Of a DNA stretch of 64,000 bases, positions 48,583 through 58,432 are shown one piece after another. The notes below the pieces were generated by a model. That model was not told the origin of the DNA. It saw only the letters and a program-made list of their open reading frames with translations, and searched no databases. Location: the NCBI GenBank assembly GCA_963719245.1, contig CAVRBG010000005.1:38614-102613 (forward strand), read 5' to 3'. Each line of letters starts with the position of its first letter. The first letter of the stretch is position 1. The position numbers and the translations under genes are program-made. The DNA is from an uncultured Actinomycetes bacterium. Lineage in GTDB: Bacteria > Actinomycetota > Acidimicrobiia > IMCC26256 > DASPTH01.

Positions 48583-50348
48583 TCAGTCGCACAGGCAGGC
48601 CACGGTCTGGTCGAGGACCTGCCAGCGAAACTGGACGGGTGGTGACGCTTCGCCACAACCGGTGCAGCTGATTCGCCACTCGGACCCGATGCGGGCGATC
48701 TCGAGCGGCGCCTTTCCGGTTGACAACAGTTTGGGCTTGACCCTCGGCTTGGCGATGCGCGGCAAACTCGCGAGTTCGAGCTCGAGATACGGCGCGCCGG
48801 CCTCGGGCTGCGGAAGGCCGGCGTCGAGCCGGCGGATCGCCAGGTCGCGTCCCGGGTTCGCACCATCGCTCTGCGCGAAGCTCAGGAACGCGTAAGCGCC
48901 CTCGATCCCCACCTCGGCTGCCAGCGCGTCGGCCGCCCCATCGAGCGCCTGACTTGGTGCTGCCGCGGTCGCCGCGGCACGCTCGTAATGCTCGAGATGC
49001 TCGGGTTCGGGAACGACCTCCGGTCCAGGTGCGGCGAGAAATGTGTCAAGCGCCTGGCGTTGTGCGCTGTCGAAGACTCCGGTCTCCTCCGAGATGCGCT
49101 CGATCTCATCGAGGAACCCGTCGCGTTCCGTGCGATTCGTCGGGTCCTCCGTCGTGTTCTTGGCGAACATGATCACGAAGCGTGCTGCGACTCCCGGCCG
49201 CTTGCGGCGCAGCACTCGGCCCATCCTCTGGATCATCTGGCGTCGAGTCCTGCTCGCGCTCATGACGATCCCGAGGTTCGCGTCTGGTACATCGACGCCT
49301 TCATCGAGCACCCGAGGGGCCGCGACCGCGTGGAGTCTCCGGACCCGGAGATCATCGAGGATCTCGCGGCGTTGACGCCGAGCCGTCGATCCGGTGATGA
49401 GATCGATCGACACCAGCGGATCCAGCCGGTTGATGGCATGGTTCGCGGCGCGCACCGTCTCGGTGAAGATCAGCGCGCCGTCGGCTTCCCGGATGGCCTG
49501 CGCGAGCGTGCCGAGCAGTTCGTACTTGCCGCGGCACTGCGCCACGACGTCACGGCGCCGCGAGAACGCGTCGAGGTACTCGCGGGCGGCGCGGCCGTCG
49601 GCCCCGGCATCGTGCTCGGCGAGGTGCGCGACCCCGGCGAGGAAATCGCCGAACGGCTCGAGCGGCATCCCCTTCACGCCGCGGAGGTGAACGCGAGCGT
49701 TCACGAGCTGCTGCTCCGTCGCGGTGTACTCGGCTCGTTCGTCGACGGACAACTCGACCCCGATGAATGCCACCCGCGGCGGCGCGCACACCCCATCGTT
49801 GATGGCCTGCTCGAAGCCGTACCGGTGGCAGATGCCGCCGAAATACGGCACGAGGAGCTCGGTCACCGCGTCGTCGCTGCGTTCCAGCGTCGCCGTCAGC
49901 CCCAGCCGTTCCTCGTACTGGGGCAGCATCGCGCGCCGCAGCGTCCCGCCGCCGAGACCATGACACTCGTCGGCGATGAGCAGTCCACCTCGCCCGCCCG
50001 GCGGCACCGGTTTGGCGGCCGCCGCCGAATGGCGGGTCGCGACGAGCACGTCGCAGGTTGTCGGACCGTCAGTGCCGCTATCGCCCAACCGCCCGATTCG
50101 GGCTTCCAGCAGCGCCGCCATCAGCCGACCGTGCCACTGCTCCATCAGGACGCACGCGAGGGTACGACCACGAGGACGAAGCGCCCCCTCCGCAACGCAT
50201 CCGCGGCGGCGGCGATCGCGACGTCGGTCTTGCCGGAACCGGTGACCGCCTCGATCACGCCCCGACGTCCGCACTGCAGCCAACTCACGAGCGCATCGAG
50301 CTGCCAGCGGTAGAGCTGATGATCCTCAGCACCGAGGTTGCTCAGCAG
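48583..50348 (-). CDS. superfamily II DEAD/DEAH-box helicase (frameshift at about 50155)
   Basis: LYRWQ, AVTGSGKT, DECH, GLTAT, DEGVDVP, IQRMGRVLR; C-terminal CTGC...CLC; start approximate. Confidence 0.88.
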
Positions 50349-50466
50349 GACTCAACGACTCCTTCGTACGCACATTGGGGAGACAACCGTACCCGTCGCT
50401 CGAACCCCCAAGCGCTGGGCACCCAGGGCGTCCAGCGAGTAGCACGGTTCTCCGGAGGTGCAGCTC

Positions 50467-51246
50467 ATGGATCCACTGTTCGATCTCAGCGGACGACGTG
50501 CGCTCGTGACCGGCGCAGGCCAGAACCTCGGTGCCGGCATCGCCCGGACGCTCGGGCGCATCGGCGCCGAGGTCGTCGTCAACGACCTCGTCGAAGCGCG
50601 TGCGCAAGCGGTCGCCGACGAGATCATCAACGACGGAGGGAAGGCATCCATCGCCCTCTTCGACGTGACCGACTTCGAGTCCGTGATGGCCGGCATCGAT
50701 GCCGCCGGTCACATCGACATCCTCGTGAACAACGCGGGCAACGCCGGCGCCGCCGGGTGGACCGGCGACGGACCCTTCGTCGAGACGACACCCAGCGACT
50801 GGAGTGCCTTCTTCGACGTGAACCTCTTTGGCGTCATGCACTGCGTCCGCGCGGTCACCCCGTCGATGGTCCAGCACAGCTGGGGCCGCGTCATCACGAT
50901 CATCTCGGATGCCGCCCGCACCGGTGAGAACAACATGGCCGCCTACGCCGCGGCGAAAGCCGGCGCCGCCGGATTCACGAGGGCCTACGCACGTGAGGTT
51001 GGCCGGTACGACATCACCGCCAACAACATCGCCATCGGAACCATGCACCGACCGACCAGCGACACCGGGGAGCCCGACGAGCATCAGGCGCAACGAATGA
51101 AGGAGATGTTCCGTCGGTACATCGTTCGCCGTAGCGGCGAACCCGAGGAGGTTGCCGGCCTCATCGCCTACCTCGCCAGTCCGCTCGGCGCCTGGGTCTC
51201 GGGCCAGACCTATCCCGTCAACGGCGGGTACTCCATCGCCCTCTGA
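50467..51246 (+). CDS. SDR family oxidoreductase (FabG-like)
   Basis: TGAGQNLG, NNAG, YAAAK, SGQTYPVNGG; GGAGG RBS. Confidence 0.93.
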   Translation: MDPLFDLSGRRALVTGAGQNLGAGIARTLGRIGAEVVVNDLVEARAQAVADEIINDGGKASIALFDVTDFESVMAGIDAAGHIDILVNNAGNAGAAGWTGDGPFVETTPSDWSAFFDVNLFGVMHCVRAVTPSMVQHSWGRVITIISDAARTGENNMAAYAAAKAGAAGFTRAYAREVGRYDITANNIAIGTMHRPTSDTGEPDEHQAQRMKEMFRRYIVRRSGEPEEVAGLIAYLASPLGAWVSGQTYPVNGGYSIAL

Positions 51247-51617
51247 CCGTCCGAGGCGGCGTCAACTCCACCAGATCGGCGCAGTCGCGACTGCAGCATG
51301 GACAAAATCTGCCGCGGCAGTCGACGACGACGCGGAGGCGCAGCTGCAAAACCGCACCATGACCGAAATCGGGGCAGCAACCGCGGTCAGCGAGACCCTT
51401 GCCGGCGTCGTCTTCGTTGCGGCGATCGCCAGACGGTTGCGCGAGCGCGGCTATGCGCCTTCGTCCGGTTCGACGTCAAGTCGTCGATCCGGTCGTCTGC
51501 GCTGACCTGTTGCCCCACACATGCCGGCCACACCTGCGCTCAGGCTACGGAGGCGATGAAGCTCGCGCAGGGTCAGACGTCGCACCCCAGGGTTACGTTC
51601 GCTCCAGCGAAGCGGGC

Positions 51618-51741
51618 GCGCTCACGGGCTACGCAAGGTACGGCCGCAGTCGAGGGGACCGGTCGCGCCACGGCTCGGCCGGCGGTTCGCGACCGCTCGA
51701 CCTCTCAAGGTTTGCGGGTCGCGTGCCGAAGAGGTGAGTGC
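51618..51741 (+). other. candidate structured RNA leader (rod-like, five nested helices)
   Basis: GCGCTCAC/GTGAGTGC, GGTACG/CGTGCC, CCGCA/TGCGG, GTCGAG/CTCGAC, CGGTCGCG/CGCGACCG; no known family recognised. Confidence 0.3.
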
Positions 51742-51858
51742 ACGAGCGCTCGTTTCCGCGGTCCAGATCGCGAGACGGCCCCGCCACCGACCCGGTGACG
51801 CTTCGGGAACCTCCTCCATCGAGGCCCTCAACGCTCCCCCGTGAAGGAGCGTCCTCCA

Positions 51859-52743
51859 ATGACCGTTCCCGTCGCCGACTACTCGCGCCCGCACAAACCT
51901 CACCGGTTCCTGATCGCCCTCTTCGTGGCCGCACTGGCGGCGATCGGACTCAGTGCCGTCGCCCTCGAGACGGGCACGACGCCGGCTTCTGCGGCGACCG
52001 TGTCCTTCTCCCAATGCAACGGTCATGAGTCCGGACCACCCGGCGGCGCGGCGCTCTCGGTCACCTGTTCGGTGTCGATCATCAACACCATCGACGCGAC
52101 CGGCGGCACCTCGGCAGTCATCTACCTCCGAACGTGCACGCTGAACGGCTGCACCGGCGACACGTCCAGTGCCAACGACGTGATCAACGCGGTGCACCAG
52201 TGCAACAACTCGGACAACGCCGGCGGGAGCGCCACCACCTGCACCGTCGACATCGTCAACAACATCAGTGCGAACGCACCCGCTCCCGCGACCGCGGTGA
52301 CCGTGAACCAATGCAACGGATCCGGTCAGGGCGGCGGGGCCAACGTCAACGCGTGCATCTCGAGCGCCCAAGGGTCACCATCGGTGTCGCAGTGCAACGG
52401 CTCCGGCAATGGTGGAGGAGCAACGCTGGTGTGCGCGGCATCCGGCACGACGAGTGCTGCGTTCCCCGTGACCGTCGACCAATGCAACAGCTCCGAGAAC
52501 GGCGGCGGGAGCACCGTGACCTGCTCGACGACGATCACCACCAACGTCACGGACACGCAAACGGGACCGACACCGCCGTCGGGCACGACGCCCGGATCGG
52601 GAACACCGGTCGGGACGCCGCCCGGCTCCGGCAGTGGTACGGGAACGGACGCGCGAGTTCCCGGCTCCGGGACGCCGACCACCGGCCTGTTCGAAGCACC
52701 CCCGGCACCGCCCGTCGCGGCTCCTCCGCGACTCACCGGCTGA
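51859..52743 (+). CDS. secreted Cys/Gly-repeat protein with C-terminal PRLTG
   Basis: GAAGGAG RBS, signal peptide ending ASA, five QCNxS..GG..C repeats, Pro/Thr/Gly linker. Confidence 0.85.
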   Translation: MTVPVADYSRPHKPHRFLIALFVAALAAIGLSAVALETGTTPASAATVSFSQCNGHESGPPGGAALSVTCSVSIINTIDATGGTSAVIYLRTCTLNGCTGDTSSANDVINAVHQCNNSDNAGGSATTCTVDIVNNISANAPAPATAVTVNQCNGSGQGGGANVNACISSAQGSPSVSQCNGSGNGGGATLVCAASGTTSAAFPVTVDQCNSSENGGGSTVTCSTTITTNVTDTQTGPTPPSGTTPGSGTPVGTPPGSGSGTGTDARVPGSGTPTTGLFEAPPAPPVAAPPRLTG

Positions 52744-52757
52744 GAGCCGCACACCCA

Positions 52758-52791
52758 CGACGGGTCCCCCGGCTTCGGCCGGGGCCCGTCG
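52758..52791 (+). terminator. strong hairpin with cUUCGg tetraloop between convergent genes
   Basis: CGACGGG-TC-CCCCGGC-TTCG-GCCGGGG-CCCGTCG. Confidence 0.65.
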
Positions 52792-52905
52792 GGGTTGGCC
52801 TCCGTTCAGGGTTCCCCGCCCGCCAGCGACGTCGCCGTTCTGACCAGGCGCGGATGGTGGGGTCGGCGAGCGAAGGAGACAGCCTGGAGCGACCCGACGG
52901 CGCGT

Positions 52906-53308
52906 TCACCACGGCACTTCGCCGCGCTCGTCGAAGAAGCGGCCGGTCGGCCCGTCGGCGGGCAGGGTGGCAAAGTCGATCACGACCATGGCCGCCTCGT
53001 CGGGGGTCCGAGTGCCGTCTCCCGTCATGTCGGTGTTGGTGTAGCCCGGATCGACGGCGTTGACCTTGAACGCGGTTCCGCGCAATTCGTTGGCGAATTG
53101 CACCGTGACCGAGTTCAGCGCTGCCTTCGAGACGTTGTAGCTGAGGAGGGGTCGAGCCTGGTACCTGCTGCCGTCCGAGGTGGCCAGCCCCAACGACCCG
53201 AGCCCGCTCGAGACGTTCACGACGCGCGGCGAGTCAGAGCGGCGGAGCAACGGCAGCGCGGCCAGCAACATCCGGATCGCGCCGAACACATTGATCTCGA
53301 AGGTCTCC
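52906..53308 (-). pseudogene. C-terminal half of a carbonyl-reductase-like SDR (Rossmann N-terminus missing)
   Basis: ETFEINVFG, RVVNVSSGLGS, YNVSK, KVNAVDPGYTNTDM, GPTGRFF...VPW; no TGxxxGxG upstream. Confidence 0.8.
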
Positions 53309-53421
53309 GTCGGCGACGACGACGTGGGGGATCCGGTCGGCGTACTTGGCCGGCCAGTGCTCGGCGAACATCGTCGGCGGCTCGACGACGTGGTCGTCGA
53401 GATGAGGTCCTGCGCGTCCAT
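53309..53421 (-). pseudogene. N-terminal fragment of an amidohydrolase
   Basis: GGGAG RBS, MDAQDLI then (shifted) DDHVVEPPTMFAEHWPAKYADRIPHVV; ends abruptly at the SDR fragment. Confidence 0.7.
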
Positions 53422-53448
53422 GGCTGCTCCCTGCTCTCGTTCTGATCC

Positions 53449-53868
53449 TCAGACGGGGATCTCGCGCGGCGCCACCAACACATACGTCGCGTCGACCTCG
53501 GCCAGCACCGTGGCCGCGTCGTCGGCCCGGGTGATCACCGCGTTCACGGCGAATCGGCGGCCCGACGTCGAGCCCGGGGTCGCCCGGCACACGAGCTCGG
53601 TCTCCAGCGGGGTGGGCCGGCGATAGCGGATGGTCATCTCGGCGGTGAGCCGCACCGCGTTGCCGCCGTGGGGGACGAACCCCATCACCTCGTCGGCGAA
53701 GGTCGCCAGCAGACCGCCGTGCACCAGGCCCGGTGCGCCCTCGGCGTCGGGACCGAACCGCACGCGCCCCTCGGCGCCGTCAGCGGTCGAGACGAGCTCC
53801 ACGCCGAGCGCTGCGGGGTTGGTGGTGCTGCAGCCGAAGCACCCTTCGACGTGTCGGAGCTCCGCCAC
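53449..53868 (-). CDS. PaaI family thioesterase
   Basis: CFGCS..NPAALG, EGAPGLVHGGLLATFADE, YRRPTP. Confidence 0.9.
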   Translation of the reverse strand: MAELRHVEGCFGCSTTNPAALGVELVSTADGAEGRVRFGPDAEGAPGLVHGGLLATFADEVMGFVPHGGNAVRLTAEMTIRYRRPTPLETELVCRATPGSTSGRRFAVNAVITRADDAATVLAEVDATYVLVAPREIPV

Positions 53869-53887
53869 CGCACGACCTTTCCCCAAG

Positions 53888-53903
53888 TTGACGACCTTGT
53901 CAA
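53888..53903. promoter_or_regulatory. palindromic operator TTGAC-N6-GTCAA, copy 1
   Basis: TTGACGACCTTGTCAA in the divergent gap; also a -35 box, followed after 18 nt by GAGACT and then GTG at 53924. Confidence 0.75.
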
Positions 53904-53923
53904 GTAACGGGGAGACTGACACG

Positions 53924-55063
53924 GTGACCGGGGCACCGACGCTCGACCTCGACGGGTTCCGTGTCGGGTTCGGGTCGTGGTTGGACGACCACACCGAACT
54001 CGTGGCGCGCCAGCGCGGCTGCACCTCGTCGGAGCTCGCCGACCTGGCGGCGCTCCAGCAGGAATTCCAGGCGGCATTGTTCGATGCCGGTTGGGTGCGG
54101 CACGGTTGGCCGGCCGACCTCGGCGGGTTGGGTGGCGACGCCCGCCACCGTGCGGTGCTGTACGACGAGCTCGGCCGCCGGCGGATCCCGATCCCCGAGT
54201 CGTACCTCACGGTCGAGACGCTGCTGCCCATGTTGAGCGTGCATGCGCCCGAGCTCGCCCGGACGCATCTCGCCGACCTGCTGCGCGGCACGGAGCGCTG
54301 GTGCCAGGGCTTCTCGGAGCCGGACGCGGGCAGCGATCTCGCGTCGCTGCGCACGAAGGCGACACCCGACGGCGAGGACTGGATCGTCGACGGCCACAAG
54401 ATCTGGACGTCGCAGGCGACCATCGCACAACGCTGTGTCGTCCTGCTCCGCACCGGCACGCCGGAGTCGCGTCACCGCGGGCTCTCGATGATGCTGGTCG
54501 ACCACGACACCCCGGGCGTGGAAGTGCGCGGCATCCGCACGATGTCGGGTCGCGACGAGCTGGGTGAGGTGCTCTTCGAGGGCGCACGGGTGAGCGGGAA
54601 CCGGCTCATCGGCGGCGAGGGCGACGGCTGGGCCCTCGCGATGTATCTGCTGCAGTGGGAGCGCGGGATGTACCCATGGCAACGGCAGGCCGGACTCTTC
54701 GGGACGCTCGACGCGCTGCTCGAGCAGGCACCGGAGCGCCTGGAACCGCGCGCGCTCGGCGACGCGTACCTCGCGGTCCTGCCGATGCGGCTGTCGTCGG
54801 GACGCACCATCCGCCGGCTCGCGGCCGGGGAGACGCCCGGCCCCGAGGTGTCGGTCGACAAGGTGCTGCTGGCGCGCGCCGAGCTCGCGGTGTTCGATCT
54901 CGCCGATGCCGTCCTCGACGATGCGGTCGAGCTCGACGACGACGACCACGCCATCGAATGGCGGCACGACTACCTGTTCAGCCGGTCGGCGCCGATCTAC
55001 GGCGGGTCGTACGAGATCCAGCGCCAGATCCTCGCCGACCGGGTCCTGGGACAGCCGCGATGA
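53924..55063 (+). CDS. acyl-CoA dehydrogenase (catalytic-type subunit)
   Basis: WCQGFSEPDAGSDLASL, GHKIWTS, LQWERG, IYGGSYEIQRQI. Confidence 0.93.
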   Translation: MTGAPTLDLDGFRVGFGSWLDDHTELVARQRGCTSSELADLAALQQEFQAALFDAGWVRHGWPADLGGLGGDARHRAVLYDELGRRRIPIPESYLTVETLLPMLSVHAPELARTHLADLLRGTERWCQGFSEPDAGSDLASLRTKATPDGEDWIVDGHKIWTSQATIAQRCVVLLRTGTPESRHRGLSMMLVDHDTPGVEVRGIRTMSGRDELGEVLFEGARVSGNRLIGGEGDGWALAMYLLQWERGMYPWQRQAGLFGTLDALLEQAPERLEPRALGDAYLAVLPMRLSSGRTIRRLAAGETPGPEVSVDKVLLARAELAVFDLADAVLDDAVELDDDDHAIEWRHDYLFSRSAPIYGGSYEIQRQILADRVLGQPR

Positions 55064-56038
55064 GCCACGTGGACGCGATCGACCGCGAGGCGGTCGAGAT
55101 CTTCATTCGCTCGGCGCGGGGCGTGCTCGGCGAGTCCGGTGTCGACGTCGCCCGCGCGCTGGAGGAGCTCGGGTGGCGCGACTTCCTCGCCGCCGATCCG
55201 GCGTCCGCGGTGCCGTCGATGTTCGAGCTGATGGGGAGAATTGCTCCTGGCGAGCCGCGCGCTCGATGACGTCGCCTTCGATGCGCTGGGTTCTGCAGGC
55301 GAGGCGCTGCGTGGGACCGGCCACGCGTTCGGCCACGCGTGAGGGTCCGGACCCGCCGGGGTGTGCTCGGAGGCCGGGCTCACCGTCGACGCCGTCGTAC
55401 TGGGCGGGCGTCGTGACGTTGCGATCGCGCTCGTGGCGAAGGGGCCCACGGGGCCGACCGTGGTGAGCGTCGACCCGTCGAACGTCGACTTCGCGGCGAC
55501 CGCCGGCATCGACCCCTCGCTCGGTCTCGTCCGGGTGCGCGGCACGGTGGCCATGACCGACGTGGTCCGCCACGAGGGCGCGTCGGCGACCGTGGTCGAG
55601 CAGGCGTGCCGACGCGCGTTGGCCCACGAGTTGCTGGGCGTGACCGCCGCGATGCTGGCGATGGCCAACGACTACGCCAAGGTGCGCACGCAGTTCGGTC
55701 AGCCCATCGGGACGTTCCAGGCGGTCAAGCACCGGCTCGCCGACGTGTACGTCGCCCAGCAGGCGGCGGTGTCGGTCGTGGGCGAGTGTTGGCGCTCCGA
55801 ACCCGAGTACACGACCGTCGCCGCGAAGGCGCTGGCCGCCCGCGCCTGCGCGCTGGCGTCGGAGAACTGCCTGCAGGTGCTCGGAGCCATCGGCTTCAGC
55901 CTCGAACACGATCTCCACCGGTTCGTCCGCCGCGGTCGCGTGCTCGACCGCCTGCACGGTTCGGAGGTGGCGCTCCGGCGGGAGCTCGGCCTGCTCCTGC
56001 AGGCACGGGGGTCCGTCCCTCGACCGGGCACGGTCTGA
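55060..56038 (+). CDS. acyl-CoA dehydrogenase, short partner subunit (frameshifted 55240-55340)
   Basis: LEELGW, RTQFGQPIGTFQAVKHRLAD, QVLGAIGFSLEH; ATGA overlap. Confidence 0.88.
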
Positions 56039-56070
56039 CCACGTCACGAGGTCGTCGGGGTCCGTCGAAG

Positions 56071-56086
56071 TTGACGAACCTGTCAA
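56071..56086. promoter_or_regulatory. palindromic operator TTGAC-N6-GTCAA, copy 2
   Basis: TTGACGAACCTGTCAA; TTGACG-N17-CACACT promoter, ATG 7 nt after the -10 box. Confidence 0.75.
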
Positions 56087-56106
56087 GTCCCGTCACACTG
56101 GTCCGC

Positions 56107-57280
56107 ATGGTCATCGACTACCGCCTGTTCGACGCGGACGAGCACTACTACGAAGCGGAGGATGCACTCACCCGGCACCTCGACCGGAAGTACCGGAGCG
56201 CCGTCCGGTGGGTCAACATGGGCGGCCGGCGCACGCTCATCATCGGCGGCAAGCTCCTCCAGCTCATCCCGAACCCGACGTACGATCCGGTCGGGCGACC
56301 GGGCTCGCTCAACAGCTACTTCCGCGCACAGAACCCCGAGGGTCGCTCACTCAAGGAGATCCTGGGCGAGGTGCAGCGCATCCAACCCGAGTACCGCGAC
56401 CGCGACGCGCGCGTGAAGGTGCTCGACGACCAGGGCGTGGAGTTCGCCTGGGTGCTCCCCAGCCTCGGGCTCGGGATCGAGGAGATGCTCAAGGACGACC
56501 TCGAGGGGCTGTTCGCGGTGGTCGCGCGCGTACAACGAATGGCTCCACGACGACTGGGGCTACGACCGCGACGGGCGCATCCAGACCGCACCCCTGCTCC
56601 CCCTCGGCGATCCCGAGGCCGCCGAAGGCGAGTTGCGGCGGGTCCTCGAACGCGGTGCGCGTCTGGTCGTGATGCGCCCCGCACCCGTCGCATCGGTGGC
56701 GGGGCCGCGCTCATTGGGTGACCCGGCCCACGACCGGATCTGGGCGCTCGCCGCCGAGGCGGGCGTGGTCGTGGCGTTCCATGCCGCCGACGACGGCTAC
56801 TCCTACGCCGAAGACTGGGGCGAGAACGGTCGCTACACGGGATTGAAGCAGTCGGCCTTCTCGGAGGTGCTCTCCATCCACAGCGAACGTCCAACCTTCG
56901 ACGCGATGGCGGCGATGGTGTGTCACGGCGTCTACGACCGGCACCCGACGTTCCGCGTGGCCACGGTCGAGCTCGGCTCCGGGTGGGTGCCGTACCTGCT
57001 GCGCCGGTTCCGCATCGCGTACGGCAAGATGCCGCAGAACTTCGGGCGTGATCCGATCGAGTCCTTCCGCGAGCACGTTTGGGTCGCGCCGTTCTACGAG
57101 GACGACTTCGAAGAGCTCGCCGAGCTCATCGGCCTGGAACACGTGCTGCTGGGGTCGGACTGGCCGCACCCGGAGGGCATCGCCCGACCCATCGACTACC
57201 TGGCCGACGTCGCGGGCTTCTCACCAAAAGACCAGCGCCGCATCTTGCGCGAGAATCTGCGCGAGCTCGTCGGGCGATAG
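56107..57280 (+). CDS. amidohydrolase_2 family protein (frameshift at about 56530)
   Basis: FDADEHYYE, IPNPTYDPVGRPG, VELGSGW, LGSDWPHPEG. Confidence 0.9.
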
Positions 57281-57298
57281 CGCGCGGGAGGCGGTTGC

Positions 57299-58432
57299 TT
57301 GCAGTTCGAGTTCACGGAGCTGAACGACGCTGAGCTCGCGCTGCAGGCCGACGTGCGTGAGTTCTTGGCGACGACGTTGCCTCGCGGCTCGTTCGAACCC
57401 GGCCTCGGCATGGCCGGGCGCAAGGATCCAGCGTTCTCGCAGCGACTCGCCGCACACGGGTGGGTCGGGATGTCGTTGCCGAAGGAGTACGGCGGCGGCG
57501 ACCGGTCGGCGGTCGAGCGGTTCGTGGTGGCCGAGGAGCTGCTCCGGTGGGGCGCCCCGGTCGGGCACCACTGGGTGGCCGACCGCCAGAGCGGCCCGCT
57601 GCTCGCCAAGGTCGGAACCGCGGAGCAGAAGGCGCGGTTCCTGCCGGCCATCTGCCGCGGCGAGCTGTCGTTCTGCATCGGCATGAGCGAACCGGATTCC
57701 GGCAGCGACCTCGCATCGGTCGTGACCCGCGCCGTGCGTGCAGATGACGGCTGGATCGTGAACGGCACCAAGGTGTGGACGACTGGCGCCCACGAACACG
57801 ACTGGATGATCGCGCTCGTGCGCACCGGCGACGCCGAGGACCGTCACGCCGGGCTCAGCCAGGTGCTGATCGATCTCCGCGCGCCCGGCGTCGAGGTCCG
57901 TCCGATCCCATTCCTCGACGGCACCGCCGACTTCAACGAGGTGGTGCTCACCGACGTGCACGTCCCCGACACCGAGGTCGTCGGCACCGTCGGCATGGGC
58001 TGGGCCCAGATCGGCCAGGAGCTGGCGTTCGAGCGCGGCGGGCCCGATCGCTGGCTGTCCACCTACCTCGTGCTCGAGCAGTACCTGCGGGAGCACGGAC
58101 CCGACCTCGACCCCTCACTGGTCGAGCTGGCCGGCGCCGCCACCGCGCGGTTCTGGGGGCTGCGCAATCTGTCGTTGTCGGTGGCACGCGCCATCGACGC
58201 CCACACGCAACCCTCGGTGCAGGCTGCGCTGGTCAAGGAGATGGGCACCCGCTTCGAGCAGGACCTCCTCGAAGGCGTGCGCAGGTTGGTCGACGCGGAA
58301 CCGGTGCCGGATTCGCCGTCGTTGTTCGAGCGGCTCCTCGCCAATGCCATCCTGACGTCGCCTGCATTCACCATCCGCGGCGGCACCATCGAGATCCTGC
58401 GCTCCGTCGCGGCGAAGGGCCTGCGCGCGTGA
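57299..58432 (+). CDS. acyl-CoA dehydrogenase (catalytic-type subunit)
   Basis: FCIGMSEPDSGSDLAS, NGTKVWT, LAFERGG, TIRGGTIEIL. Confidence 0.93.
   Translation: MQFEFTELNDAELALQADVREFLATTLPRGSFEPGLGMAGRKDPAFSQRLAAHGWVGMSLPKEYGGGDRSAVERFVVAEELLRWGAPVGHHWVADRQSGPLLAKVGTAEQKARFLPAICRGELSFCIGMSEPDSGSDLASVVTRAVRADDGWIVNGTKVWTTGAHEHDWMIALVRTGDAEDRHAGLSQVLIDLRAPGVEVRPIPFLDGTADFNEVVLTDVHVPDTEVVGTVGMGWAQIGQELAFERGGPDRWLSTYLVLEQYLREHGPDLDPSLVELAGAATARFWGLRNLSLSVARAIDAHTQPSVQAALVKEMGTRFEQDLLEGVRRLVDAEPVPDSPSLFERLLANAILTSPAFTIRGGTIEILRSVAAKGLRA

Noticed and set aside
51250-51600. Small ORFs between the SDR and the secreted repeat protein
   Set aside because: No convincing RBS, motif or coding-like composition in any frame
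51690-51735. CUCUCAAGG and GCCGAAG resembling glycine or c-di-GMP-I riboswitch words
   Set aside because: Wrong order and missing core motifs; kept only as an unassigned structured leader
53888-53903. FNR/CRP box
   Set aside because: FNR is TTGAT-N4-ATCAA and CRP is TGTGA-N6-TCACA; neither the arms nor the spacing fit
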